The translations under genes and the position numbers were made by a program. The notes under the pieces were generated by a model. It had not been told where the DNA came from. It was given only the letters and a program-made list of their open reading frames with translations, and ran no database searches. A DNA stretch of 60,424 nt from a virus. Taxonomy: Duplodnaviria; Caudoviricetes. This document shows, in pieces, positions 36,411 to 44,215 of the stretch (its first letter is position 1; each line of letters opens with the position of its first letter). The stretch is from IMG/VR virus record IMGVR_UViG_3300030329_003758, positions 1 to 60,424 of that record; one strand, written 5' to 3'.

Positions 36411-36482
36411 CTAAAGGATCATCAGTGCCAGTAGCAGTATGATCCAGAAGAGCACTCCACGGGGTGAGGTGCTATTCAGCAT
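36411..36482 (-). CDS. 23-aa hydrophobic micro-peptide (not in ORF track)
   Basis: MLNSTSPRGVLFWIILLLALMIL*; GGAGG lies 9 nt upstream; start overlaps the end of the 156-aa gene. Confidence 0.6.
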   Translation of the reverse strand: MLNSTSPRGVLFWIILLLALMIL

Positions 36483-36942
36483 CGGATGCGTCCTCCGCAT
36501 CCTCCTCTGACGTCTCAACAACGTCAGCCTCACTCTCGGATGACTCGTCGCCACCCTCTTGCTCTGCCTTTACTTCCGCATCGTATTCAGCTAGCATGGC
36601 TGCCTTTCTCGCGGCAGCCTCAGCCGCTAGCTGTCTATCGATTGCAGCCTCGTAAGATGTCCGGTCAAAGCGAGCTTCTGGGAACTCGCCAGAGTCTTTC
36701 ACCTTCTTGATTGCAGTCTGGAAGTTAGGCGCAAGCTCAACCTCTCCGTTTGCTCCGATTAGAAGCTTGACTTTCCCCGTAGGGTTCCCGTCCTTGTCTT
36801 CCTCCTGGATGCAGGGGATAAGGCCTTGGGTTTCGGAGTACTTAGTACCCTTCTTCTCGCCTCCTTTACCCTTCTGCTTGCGGGTGTGGATTGTGCATGC
36901 GCTGAGCGCCGTGATTGTCCAAGTGGCTTTTGATTGAGCCAT
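36472..36942 (-). CDS. First early gene, hypothetical (156 aa, basic N-terminus and acidic tail)
   Basis: AAGGAGGT RBS; long acidic C-terminus. Confidence 0.8.
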   Translation of the reverse strand: MAQSKATWTITALSACTIHTRKQKGKGGEKKGTKYSETQGLIPCIQEEDKDGNPTGKVKLLIGANGEVELAPNFQTAIKKVKDSGEFPEARFDRTSYEAAIDRQLAAEAAARKAAMLAEYDAEVKAEQEGGDESSESEADVVETSEEDAEDASDAE

Positions 36943-37011
36943 CTGAACCTCCTTGTGGCCCTTTCGGGCCGTTTATTCCCGAGCCGACATTGGCCGGGAA
37001 AGCCTTAGGAG
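36943..37011 (-). ncRNA. Structured leader element, copy C
   Basis: CTCCT; TTCCCG-GCC-AATGTC-GGC-T-CGGGAA; TAAAC; GGCCC-GAAA-GGGCC; AC-AAGGAGG. Confidence 0.65.
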
Positions 37012-37095
37012 TTTTGTCCACCATCGTATTGAGATTTGAAAGATCAGTGCGGTTTGACACCGGCTCAGCCTCTCGGCTTGAACTGCATTTAACCA

Positions 37096-37107
37096 TGTGA
37101 CGTCACA
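37096..37107. promoter_or_regulatory. Perfect 12-bp palindrome (putative operator) in the presumed early promoter region
   Basis: TGTGACGTCACA. Confidence 0.55.
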
Positions 37108-37517
37108 GTGCAACAAAATAGTTTGAATCTCAAGCTAAAAACACCCGAAAATGGGCCATTTTTACCAAGCTGAGACACCCATTTTTCTGCCCATAATCGG
37201 CCATTCAAGCGAGTATGGGGGGATATGACCCTCTAAAAGTGGTCTATTAGGAGAAGGCACGAAAAAAGTTTGAATTAGAGGGTAGGGTGACGCCAAATAC
37301 CAGCCCCCTCACGGGGCATAGGGGCTACCCTTTCCTTTCCACGGGACAAGCTATGCGCGGGCTTTCCTTTACCTCAGTCCCCAGCACAGCCCTACCAGCA
37401 CAGCCCCATGTCCCATGTCACGCCACGAAAAACCGCCACCACGCGGAAGCATCCCCCTTTTTTCGCCCCCCCAGGCTTTCCTGGGGAGTCTCTTTCGAAT
37501 ACAATTAGTTTTGCAAA

Positions 37518-38435
37518 ATGACTGACGCCACATGCACGAAGAAAGGTGGATACACGCATTGGCTGTTGCACTCGGCTGAAATCCCGAGGAAGCAGTTCAA
37601 TCAGAGTAATCTCAGCTTCTACCACCTAGCGCTAGCTTTCGGATTCTGTACTCCGTACATGCAGGATCAGAAATCATGGCGAATGGTGTCAATTCCCCAG
37701 TTTCAGGCCGCAATGCGCAATCTGAGGTGGGCGATTTGGAGGGATCGCAGGATTCTGCACGGGGTCTACAGTAAGGCCATGTTCGTGGCACCAGAGAAGT
37801 GGCCTAAAGATGTTAGGGAATCATTTAGATTAGTAGATCCGCCCACGCCCTATGAGGTCGCATGCGTGCTATTGGTTGAGCCCCATGCGAATTTCTGGTC
37901 CCTGCACGTAGGTGCGCCCAAATATGTCCAGTGTGCGCTGTCTACCCTGAAGTGGTGGCTGATGGGAATGCCCGAGGAGGCTTTATCGACTGTCCTGGGC
38001 ATAGGGGGGAGCGCGTTACATGAGATCCTGGCTATTGCTGTCAAACACGCTATGGACAAGCCGAAGTTCGCAATCTGGGCGCTCGGTGGAAGCCTGATTC
38101 CGGTGTGTACGAACAGAACCATGCTCCAGGTCGCGGAATCTTTCGCGCTGGGAAAGTCTCTCCCGTCGAACTCTAAGGGCAGCGGCGCAACGCAACAGGC
38201 GCGAACAGCACAAAACCGTCTTTTCAATCACCCATATGTACAAGCTCAGCTTAAATCTGGTGTACGTATCGGACCATTGTGTAGGCCAATCTTTCTTCCG
38301 GGCATCGTTTGGGATTCTTCGGCGGATAAAAAACAATGGGAAGTCTCAGAAGATCGTGGAGCTAAACAGATTCTAAAGGTTCGGACGCAAATTTCCAAGT
38401 ATCCCGAACAACACCCTGAATGGTTAGATCTTTGA
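37518..38435 (+). CDS. Hypothetical protein (305 aa), possible HTH transcription regulator
   Basis: First gene of the plus-strand arm; WWLMGMPEEALSTVLGIGGSALHEILAIA resembles a sigma-region-4-type HTH. Start uncertain. Confidence 0.6.
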   Translation: MTDATCTKKGGYTHWLLHSAEIPRKQFNQSNLSFYHLALAFGFCTPYMQDQKSWRMVSIPQFQAAMRNLRWAIWRDRRILHGVYSKAMFVAPEKWPKDVRESFRLVDPPTPYEVACVLLVEPHANFWSLHVGAPKYVQCALSTLKWWLMGMPEEALSTVLGIGGSALHEILAIAVKHAMDKPKFAIWALGGSLIPVCTNRTMLQVAESFALGKSLPSNSKGSGATQQARTAQNRLFNHPYVQAQLKSGVRIGPLCRPIFLPGIVWDSSADKKQWEVSEDRGAKQILKVRTQISKYPEQHPEWLDL

Positions 38436-38525
38436 GTACCCCTTCGGGTCAAAAAGGGAGGCGCGGAGGGAGTCAACTGTCTTATTAGACACAACTGCAG
38501 GGGAAACATCCGTTATACTGGACGC

Positions 38526-38861
38526 ATGGACAAAAAAGAAGATCTTGTGCCCATCGAGGAATCCGCTGCGCTAACTCGCGTTTCTACCACACTTCAGAAG
38601 AAGAAGGTACGCGAGTTGAATGACATAACGGACTTATGCGCTGACGCGATGACCGCAATTGTCAAAAAAGAAATGTCTACTGGTGTTGCCAGAGAACTCC
38701 GCCAGTGGGCTGAACTTATGTATACTTGCGTTCAGGCTCAACGTGTTTCTGGTGAAGGTGGTGGTGTGAACTTCGTTACTCAGCTAATTCAGATGAACGG
38801 CGCGACAGAAGAAGCCCGTGAGCGCGTCGAGGAAGTTTTCGACATTAAGGATGTTGGATGA
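38526..38861 (+). CDS. Small helical protein, candidate terminase small subunit
   Basis: Size, helical composition and position upstream of terL; TATACT lies 6 nt before the ATG. Function inferred only. Confidence 0.5.
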   Translation: MDKKEDLVPIEESAALTRVSTTLQKKKVRELNDITDLCADAMTAIVKKEMSTGVARELRQWAELMYTCVQAQRVSGEGGGVNFVTQLIQMNGATEEARERVEEVFDIKDVG

Positions 38862-40597
38862 AGATTGTTCCCTGGTCCTGGATGACGAAGATTGAGCAGA
38901 AGTGGTTTGAAACACTTTCTCCTGACGATCTTGAGGATCTCAAGTCATTCGGAATGGAGATTTCTCAGAGCGATCACCCTGAGTATGGCGGTCGTGTTCT
39001 TCAGGTGGGGAATCCTAATAAAGCCAATCAGTATTTTGATGAGGTTTGGGAGTCCTGGGAGCGTAGCGTCGGTGAGGCAGATGTATTAGACGAGCCTCCT
39101 CGTACATTCGATCCAACTATGAGGGATCCAGGCCGCTATAATGAGATGGCAACAGATCTTCCTCACTTCTCAGCACGCTATTTGTCGCCTGATGAGTATG
39201 AGCCATATCGTTATCGCCCTCCTGAGAGTCGAGAACAATTCGAGAATCGGCATCGTCCTCAGCGGAAAGTAGTGCCTATTGACGCTCCAGATCGATCAGG
39301 TGCTGGTGAGTTTTATTATCCTCATGGCACTAAGAAGGAGGCGCTTCAGCGGAAGCGAGAGCAGATCAGACAGGGGGTGATCGATTCACATGTCGAAGAA
39401 AATCTCATGCGGAATCTTAGGCCCGAAGATGCAATTCCTGGGACTGGAGATCCTGTACCCCCTTCTGAGGCAATTGATCTAGAAGTACGCCGACATCGAA
39501 AGAAGCTTCACAGCCTATTTGATGATCTTGCTGTTGCTTCTACTGATGATGAGATCTATGAAGCTATACGAGCTGCTGATCAGTATATTTATGATCGAGA
39601 AGTCAAATACTCTGCGAAAAGCTCTAACCGAAGGAAAGAGTGGCAACTTAAGCTGGCTAATGAGTTTGAGGAGAGCGCACTGGATTCTGATGCGTTTAGG
39701 CAAAGACTCCAGCCTATGGATGGTCCACCCATCAAGGGATCTCCAGGAGCCCGAGGGGAAATTATAGATAAAGCTATTGATGTAGGTGTTTTAGAAGAAG
39801 CAGCTGGAATCGATAAGTCCGATTTTGATCAGATTGAAGCCATGATTGAGATGAGGCGCAATCTGGGCTTGAATTTGGGTGGTGGGGCAGATGAGTCTTT
39901 GGACTTTATCCACCAAGTGCGGACGACTTTTGGGGAGCTGCCACCAGAAGAATTCGCTGTTTCTCAGGAAGAAGTAGATGCTTTCATGGAGAAGCTACAG
40001 AAGTATGGAGAACGTCAGTACTCAGATCTCTCTCCCGCCTCTCAACAGGCTAGGGCTCATTGGGGATATGGTCAGCCTGGAGATGTTCGCCAGTTTCCGA
40101 CAGAAGAGCGGAGGAAGTCTCAGTCAGCCCAATTGAGCAAAGAAGCTCAAGAAGCTATAGCGAAGCACCAAGAAGAGTTCTCTAAAGCAATTACAGAGAT
40201 GAAGCAGCCGGGTCTACGCGCAGCTACCCTCAAGGGTGTTTTTAAGAAGCTTGGAACAGTGGGAGCAAAGCTGGGTGGTGTCGGTACTGCTGTTGATCTT
40301 CTTTGGCCAGCTAAGCTTGAAGGAGATCCCTACAAAGCTTCGGAGAGTGCTACTGGAGTTCCCAAAGGATGGACTGGTCCTGAGTGGAGAGAGCGTCAAG
40401 AGCGGGATGTAGCAGGGGCAGAGTGGCTATCCCAACAACCAGGATATGGAGATACTCCACCTTGGGCCAATGTTCCTTCTCGCCCTAGAGATCCTGAAGC
40501 GTATGAAATGCTTGCTCCTGGACAACAGAAGCAAGAAGATCGTTTAAAAGCGGTGGAAGAAGCTGTTAGGATGGATGAGATGAGGAAGAGACGGTAG
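38858..40597 (+). CDS. Hypothetical acidic protein (579 aa), possibly internal virion
   Basis: ATGA-coupled; Glu/Pro/Arg-rich, with the Gly-rich segment KKLGTVGAKLGGVGTAVDLLW. Confidence 0.8.
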   Translation: MKIVPWSWMTKIEQKWFETLSPDDLEDLKSFGMEISQSDHPEYGGRVLQVGNPNKANQYFDEVWESWERSVGEADVLDEPPRTFDPTMRDPGRYNEMATDLPHFSARYLSPDEYEPYRYRPPESREQFENRHRPQRKVVPIDAPDRSGAGEFYYPHGTKKEALQRKREQIRQGVIDSHVEENLMRNLRPEDAIPGTGDPVPPSEAIDLEVRRHRKKLHSLFDDLAVASTDDEIYEAIRAADQYIYDREVKYSAKSSNRRKEWQLKLANEFEESALDSDAFRQRLQPMDGPPIKGSPGARGEIIDKAIDVGVLEEAAGIDKSDFDQIEAMIEMRRNLGLNLGGGADESLDFIHQVRTTFGELPPEEFAVSQEEVDAFMEKLQKYGERQYSDLSPASQQARAHWGYGQPGDVRQFPTEERRKSQSAQLSKEAQEAIAKHQEEFSKAITEMKQPGLRAATLKGVFKKLGTVGAKLGGVGTAVDLLWPAKLEGDPYKASESATGVPKGWTGPEWRERQERDVAGAEWLSQQPGYGDTPPWANVPSRPRDPEAYEMLAPGQQKQEDRLKAVEEAVRMDEMRKRR

Positions 40598-41172
40598 TGG
40601 CTACTCTAGAAGAGAAACAACAGGCTCTCGAAGCCGGTCCTCCAGAAGAATACGACGCTTCCAGTTTTGGCGATGCAGGTGAGCTTGCTGCCCATCAAGC
40701 CGGAGATCCAGCCGAGATGTCTAAGGCTGAAGCTGTTGGTCGGATGCTTGATGAGGCTCGGAATACTCCAGAGCCTCCTCCACCCGCTCCGCCCGCTCCT
40801 CCTGATCCTCCAGCTGCCGAGTCTCCTTCTGCTGATTGGACGTACATTAACGACTTCATAAGCAGACATGCTCAGAAGGCAGTTGAGGAGATCGGTGATA
40901 CTGAGGATGCCGGGGATACGGGCGATTTTGAAGATACTGGCGATTTTGAAGATACTGGGGATACTGGAGATCCAGACTACGATTTCAATGAAGAAATGGA
41001 TCGTATGTTTGAGAACATGACTCTCGGTCCTGACTATGAAGAGCTTCCTGGTGAGGGTGGCGATAGGCAGGTAGCAGCAAGAGATGCCCTCCGATTCCAA
41101 CAGCTCCGAGACTTTCTGGCAGAGGGTGGTATCGAAATGTTCGAACCGATAGAACCGATAGAACCGAGGTAA
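40597..41172 (+). CDS. Acidic, Pro-rich low-complexity protein (191 aa)
   Basis: TAGTG overlap; DTGDFE repeats encoded by 18-bp tandem units near 40915-40960. Confidence 0.75.
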   Translation: MATLEEKQQALEAGPPEEYDASSFGDAGELAAHQAGDPAEMSKAEAVGRMLDEARNTPEPPPPAPPAPPDPPAAESPSADWTYINDFISRHAQKAVEEIGDTEDAGDTGDFEDTGDFEDTGDTGDPDYDFNEEMDRMFENMTLGPDYEELPGEGGDRQVAARDALRFQQLRDFLAEGGIEMFEPIEPIEPR

Positions 41173-41174
41173 GA

Positions 41175-41507
41175 ATGGCTGGAGATTACACACAGCAACG
41201 ACATGCAGCCGCAGCAGATGCAGTTCAAATGGGCCAAGTTCTGAAGGATCTTCAGATGGCTGAGGTAGGACTATATCGAGAGCTTAGTAATGAGCAGGAT
41301 CCAATTCGAATCCAGCAGCTTATGGAAGAATTGAAGGATATCCAGAAGGCAATTAAGCAGGCTCAGAAGGCTGCTATGAGTCCAGAGGGGGCGCAGGAAG
41401 AGGCAGTGATGGAAGCCCCTCCCCCTGAGATGGCTCCAGCACCTGCAGGACCGCCCCCTGAAATGGCCCCCGAAATGGCCCCTGCTCCTGTGATGCCTCC
41501 CGAATGA
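41175..41507 (+). CDS. Coiled-coil + Pro-rich protein (110 aa)
   Basis: GAGGT RBS; PEMAP repeats; ATGA overlap with terL. Confidence 0.75.
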   Translation: MAGDYTQQRHAAAADAVQMGQVLKDLQMAEVGLYRELSNEQDPIRIQQLMEELKDIQKAIKQAQKAAMSPEGAQEEAVMEAPPPEMAPAPAGPPPEMAPEMAPAPVMPPE

Positions 41508-43162
41508 GTACTGCCCAGCAAGTTCTGGATTTTCTGCGTTCGCCAGAGCAATCTTTGCCGAAGCTGGGGAAAGTGCATGACCAGAAGACTGGCCAATTCG
41601 TTCCATACGATCCATACCGCATTACGGAAACGATGCAGGCTGAGATCTTAGCCTATATGAGCAACCCCCCAAGAACACCAGACGGGCAGACGCGGTTTCT
41701 AACACTTCTGACCGCTCGGCAGATGGGGAAGTCTCTAACTTCAGAATATGCCTGCTATCCAAAAGCAGCTTTCAATCCTGGATGGGACCATGTGTGTATT
41801 GCTGACACGAGTGACCGTGCTGAGTATTTGCATAAGCGTGTTCACCATCTCCATGGGAATTGGCCGAGTGAAGTCCGAACTCGAACGATGGTCAGCCGAG
41901 AAAGCCGACAATTGACGTTTCGGCCCTTAGAGGGCGGAAAAATGCGTATTTTGTCGGCAGAGGCAGGGGCTGTTGGTATTGGACAGTCTCCTGACAGTTT
42001 CCATGCTTCAGAGTGCGCATTCTGGGCAGATTTCTCAGGGTCTATGTTTTTGATCAACCCTAGTCTTGCAAATCGTGATCATGCACTTGTGATCTTCGAA
42101 TGTACGCCTTGGGAAGCTCGAACGGACTGGCATGATCATTGTGTTTCCGCCAAGAAGCAAGAAGGTCGCCATTTCTATAAATTCTACCCATTTTGGGATG
42201 GAAAACTGAATCGACGAAAATGGGAGTTCGATTGGGTTCTAGATAATGAAGAAATCGGGCTTTTGAATCGATATGGGGGAGAAGGGCTAACTTTGGAGAA
42301 TCTATCCTTTCGTCGGTTCATGATGGAGACAGATTCGGAACTTCGGCGTCGTCCAGAGCTATTTGGTGTTTTTTATCCCTATGATGATCTGAGCTGTTGG
42401 CTACAAGCGTCAAACGCTGCAATTCCTAGCCATGCTCTTGAGAAGCATCTGAAGAAGCCTACAACTCCTTGGACTGGCCCATATATGGAATATGAGCAGC
42501 CAGAAGCTGATGCCATCTACGTTATCGGTGTTGACCCTTCTGGCCACTCGGCTCGTGACCATGCCGCCTTTCAAGTCTTGAAATGCTGGGATGGGGAGTG
42601 GACTCAGGTTGCATGCTTTGCTGACCACATTGATCCGCTAGCATTCTCTCGTAAGCTTGCAGATGTCGGTTTGAAGTATAATCGGGCTCTGGTTGTTGTA
42701 GAGTCAAACGGTGTGGGTCAATCTGTTCTCGCTTTGCTTCGAGAGTGGGATTATCCCAACATTTTCTTTGAGAAGGTCCGTCGTCCTGGATTTACTTCTA
42801 CGGCGAAAAGTATAGACTTATGTTTGGGCTATCTGGTAGATGCTCTTCTAGATGAGCTAGACTTTAACGATAAAGATACGGTGGAGCAGTTGACGACATA
42901 TCGCCACGATAAGCGGATTGAAGAAGGACCAGGACCAGAAATTGCTCGTGGTCAGCCTTCTCGCCGCCGTAGGGATCGTCACCACTGGGATAAGGTCAGT
43001 GCTTTGATTATGGCTATTGTTGGTTCGAGATACGCGCCACGTCGCCATCGTCCCGTTATTGATGAGAACGGGGAGAATGTAATCGTGTTTCGCCCACTCA
43101 CTTACGATGAAAAAACAGCTCTTCACCGGAAACGGCGGAAGCGTAGCAAATACTGGATTTAA
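41504..43162 (+). CDS. terL: Terminase large subunit
   Basis: Walker A ARQMGKS, Walker B variant FHASECAFW, IFECTP, nuclease YVIGVDPS...DHAA, VVESNGVG, HWDKVSAL. Confidence 0.93.
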   Translation: MSTAQQVLDFLRSPEQSLPKLGKVHDQKTGQFVPYDPYRITETMQAEILAYMSNPPRTPDGQTRFLTLLTARQMGKSLTSEYACYPKAAFNPGWDHVCIADTSDRAEYLHKRVHHLHGNWPSEVRTRTMVSRESRQLTFRPLEGGKMRILSAEAGAVGIGQSPDSFHASECAFWADFSGSMFLINPSLANRDHALVIFECTPWEARTDWHDHCVSAKKQEGRHFYKFYPFWDGKLNRRKWEFDWVLDNEEIGLLNRYGGEGLTLENLSFRRFMMETDSELRRRPELFGVFYPYDDLSCWLQASNAAIPSHALEKHLKKPTTPWTGPYMEYEQPEADAIYVIGVDPSGHSARDHAAFQVLKCWDGEWTQVACFADHIDPLAFSRKLADVGLKYNRALVVVESNGVGQSVLALLREWDYPNIFFEKVRRPGFTSTAKSIDLCLGYLVDALLDELDFNDKDTVEQLTTYRHDKRIEEGPGPEIARGQPSRRRRDRHHWDKVSALIMAIVGSRYAPRRHRPVIDENGENVIVFRPLTYDEKTALHRKRRKRSKYWI

Positions 43163-43164
43163 CT

Positions 43165-43530
43165 ATGGCTACTTCTTCAACTAAGACAGCTAATCCGATG
43201 GCCTACAACATTATGATCGAAACCGATCTGACGAGTACGATGCTTCAGGATGTTGGAAATGGCTCTATTACGATCTATTCCATGCATTTGAACAATGCCG
43301 CCAACTCAGGCTCGGTCTATGTGAAGTGCTACAACAATACTAGTGCTACTACAGGCTCAGACAATCCAGAGCTTATCTTCCGCTTGTTTGGAACTCAGGT
43401 TCTCGATGTGGTTTTTCCAGCTGGGCTAACGATGTCCACTGGACTCTGCATTGCTTGTGTAGATTCTGTGGGTACGGCTGGTACAACGAGCCCAACTAAC
43501 GATGTCAAAATACGCTTGGTGACTTCCTAA
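43165..43530 (+). CDS. Small beta-rich virion protein, paralogue 1
   Basis: Ser/Thr-rich; VFPAGLTMSTGL aligns with VFPQGIKFENGI of the next gene. Confidence 0.75.
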   Translation: MATSSTKTANPMAYNIMIETDLTSTMLQDVGNGSITIYSMHLNNAANSGSVYVKCYNNTSATTGSDNPELIFRLFGTQVLDVVFPAGLTMSTGLCIACVDSVGTAGTTSPTNDVKIRLVTS

Positions 43531-43544
43531 AGGGGCAATGAATC

Positions 43545-43949
43545 ATGGCAACTACTACATTCACTTTCAGTTCTAATGCTGCATCGGCTGTAATTACAGA
43601 TACCGATAGTGATACTACTGTTGAAGCCAATGTGGCTTCGGGTGGTGGAAACATCTTGCAGGTGACTATCGATAACTCTGCGAATACTGTTCCTCATACG
43701 ACTGTACTTTGGGATTCAACTTCAGTTATTGGCTACGACGGTGCAGACTGGAATAGTGGTCCTCAGGTTTGTCTCTTGGCACCAGCAAGTACATCTCAGA
43801 CATATGTATTCCCCCAGGGAATCAAGTTTGAGAATGGCATTAGTTTCGCAACGACTACTGCAGGCGGCACACAAAGAGGCTCTGCTCCATCGAGTAATGT
43901 CACTGTTACTATAATGGTGGCTGCTGTCGACCTTGCAACTACACCGTAG
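43545..43949 (+). CDS. Small beta-rich virion protein, paralogue 2
   Basis: IDNSAN / LNNAAN, VFPxG and P.SNVTV / PTNDVKI correspondences with the previous gene. Confidence 0.75.
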   Translation: MATTTFTFSSNAASAVITDTDSDTTVEANVASGGGNILQVTIDNSANTVPHTTVLWDSTSVIGYDGADWNSGPQVCLLAPASTSQTYVFPQGIKFENGISFATTTAGGTQRGSAPSSNVTVTIMVAAVDLATTP

Positions 43950-43957
43950 GAGATCTC

Positions 43958-44215
43958 ATGGCTCTCTGGAATAGAGATAAAGATAATAAGAAAGCCGCAC
44001 GTAAGGCAATCCGTGAAGGTCGACAGGAAGCACGCCAAGCGGGTCGCCAAGCCCGTGATGAGACGCTGGCTGCTGGTGGAACTCGTCGGCAAGCTCGCGC
44101 AGAGAAGCGACTGGCAAAGCGTGCTGCAAAGCAATCTTCGCCTGAGGATGAGAAGCAAAAAGCGAACCTAACGAGCCAAGTTGCCATTATCTATAAGAAC
44201 AAGAAGAAGAAGTAA
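43958..44215 (+). CDS. Small, highly basic Arg/Lys/Ala-rich protein
   Basis: AGGAG RBS; RQEARQAGRQAR repeats; TAATG-coupled to the portal. Confidence 0.75.
   Translation: MALWNRDKDNKKAARKAIREGRQEARQAGRQARDETLAAGGTRRQARAEKRLAKRAAKQSSPEDEKQKANLTSQVAIIYKNKKKK

Noticed and set aside
36033-37011. Hammerhead or HDV-like ribozyme, tRNA, or c-di-GMP riboswitch identity for the repeated leader
   Set aside because: No CUGAnGA/GAAA core, no T-loop or cloverleaf, and no conserved GNRA/receptor arrangement across the three copies.
41990-42030. Non-canonical Walker B (FHASE) as evidence of an inactive terminase
   Set aside because: HxSE-type Walker B variants occur in other phage terminases; the catalytic Glu and the other motifs are intact.
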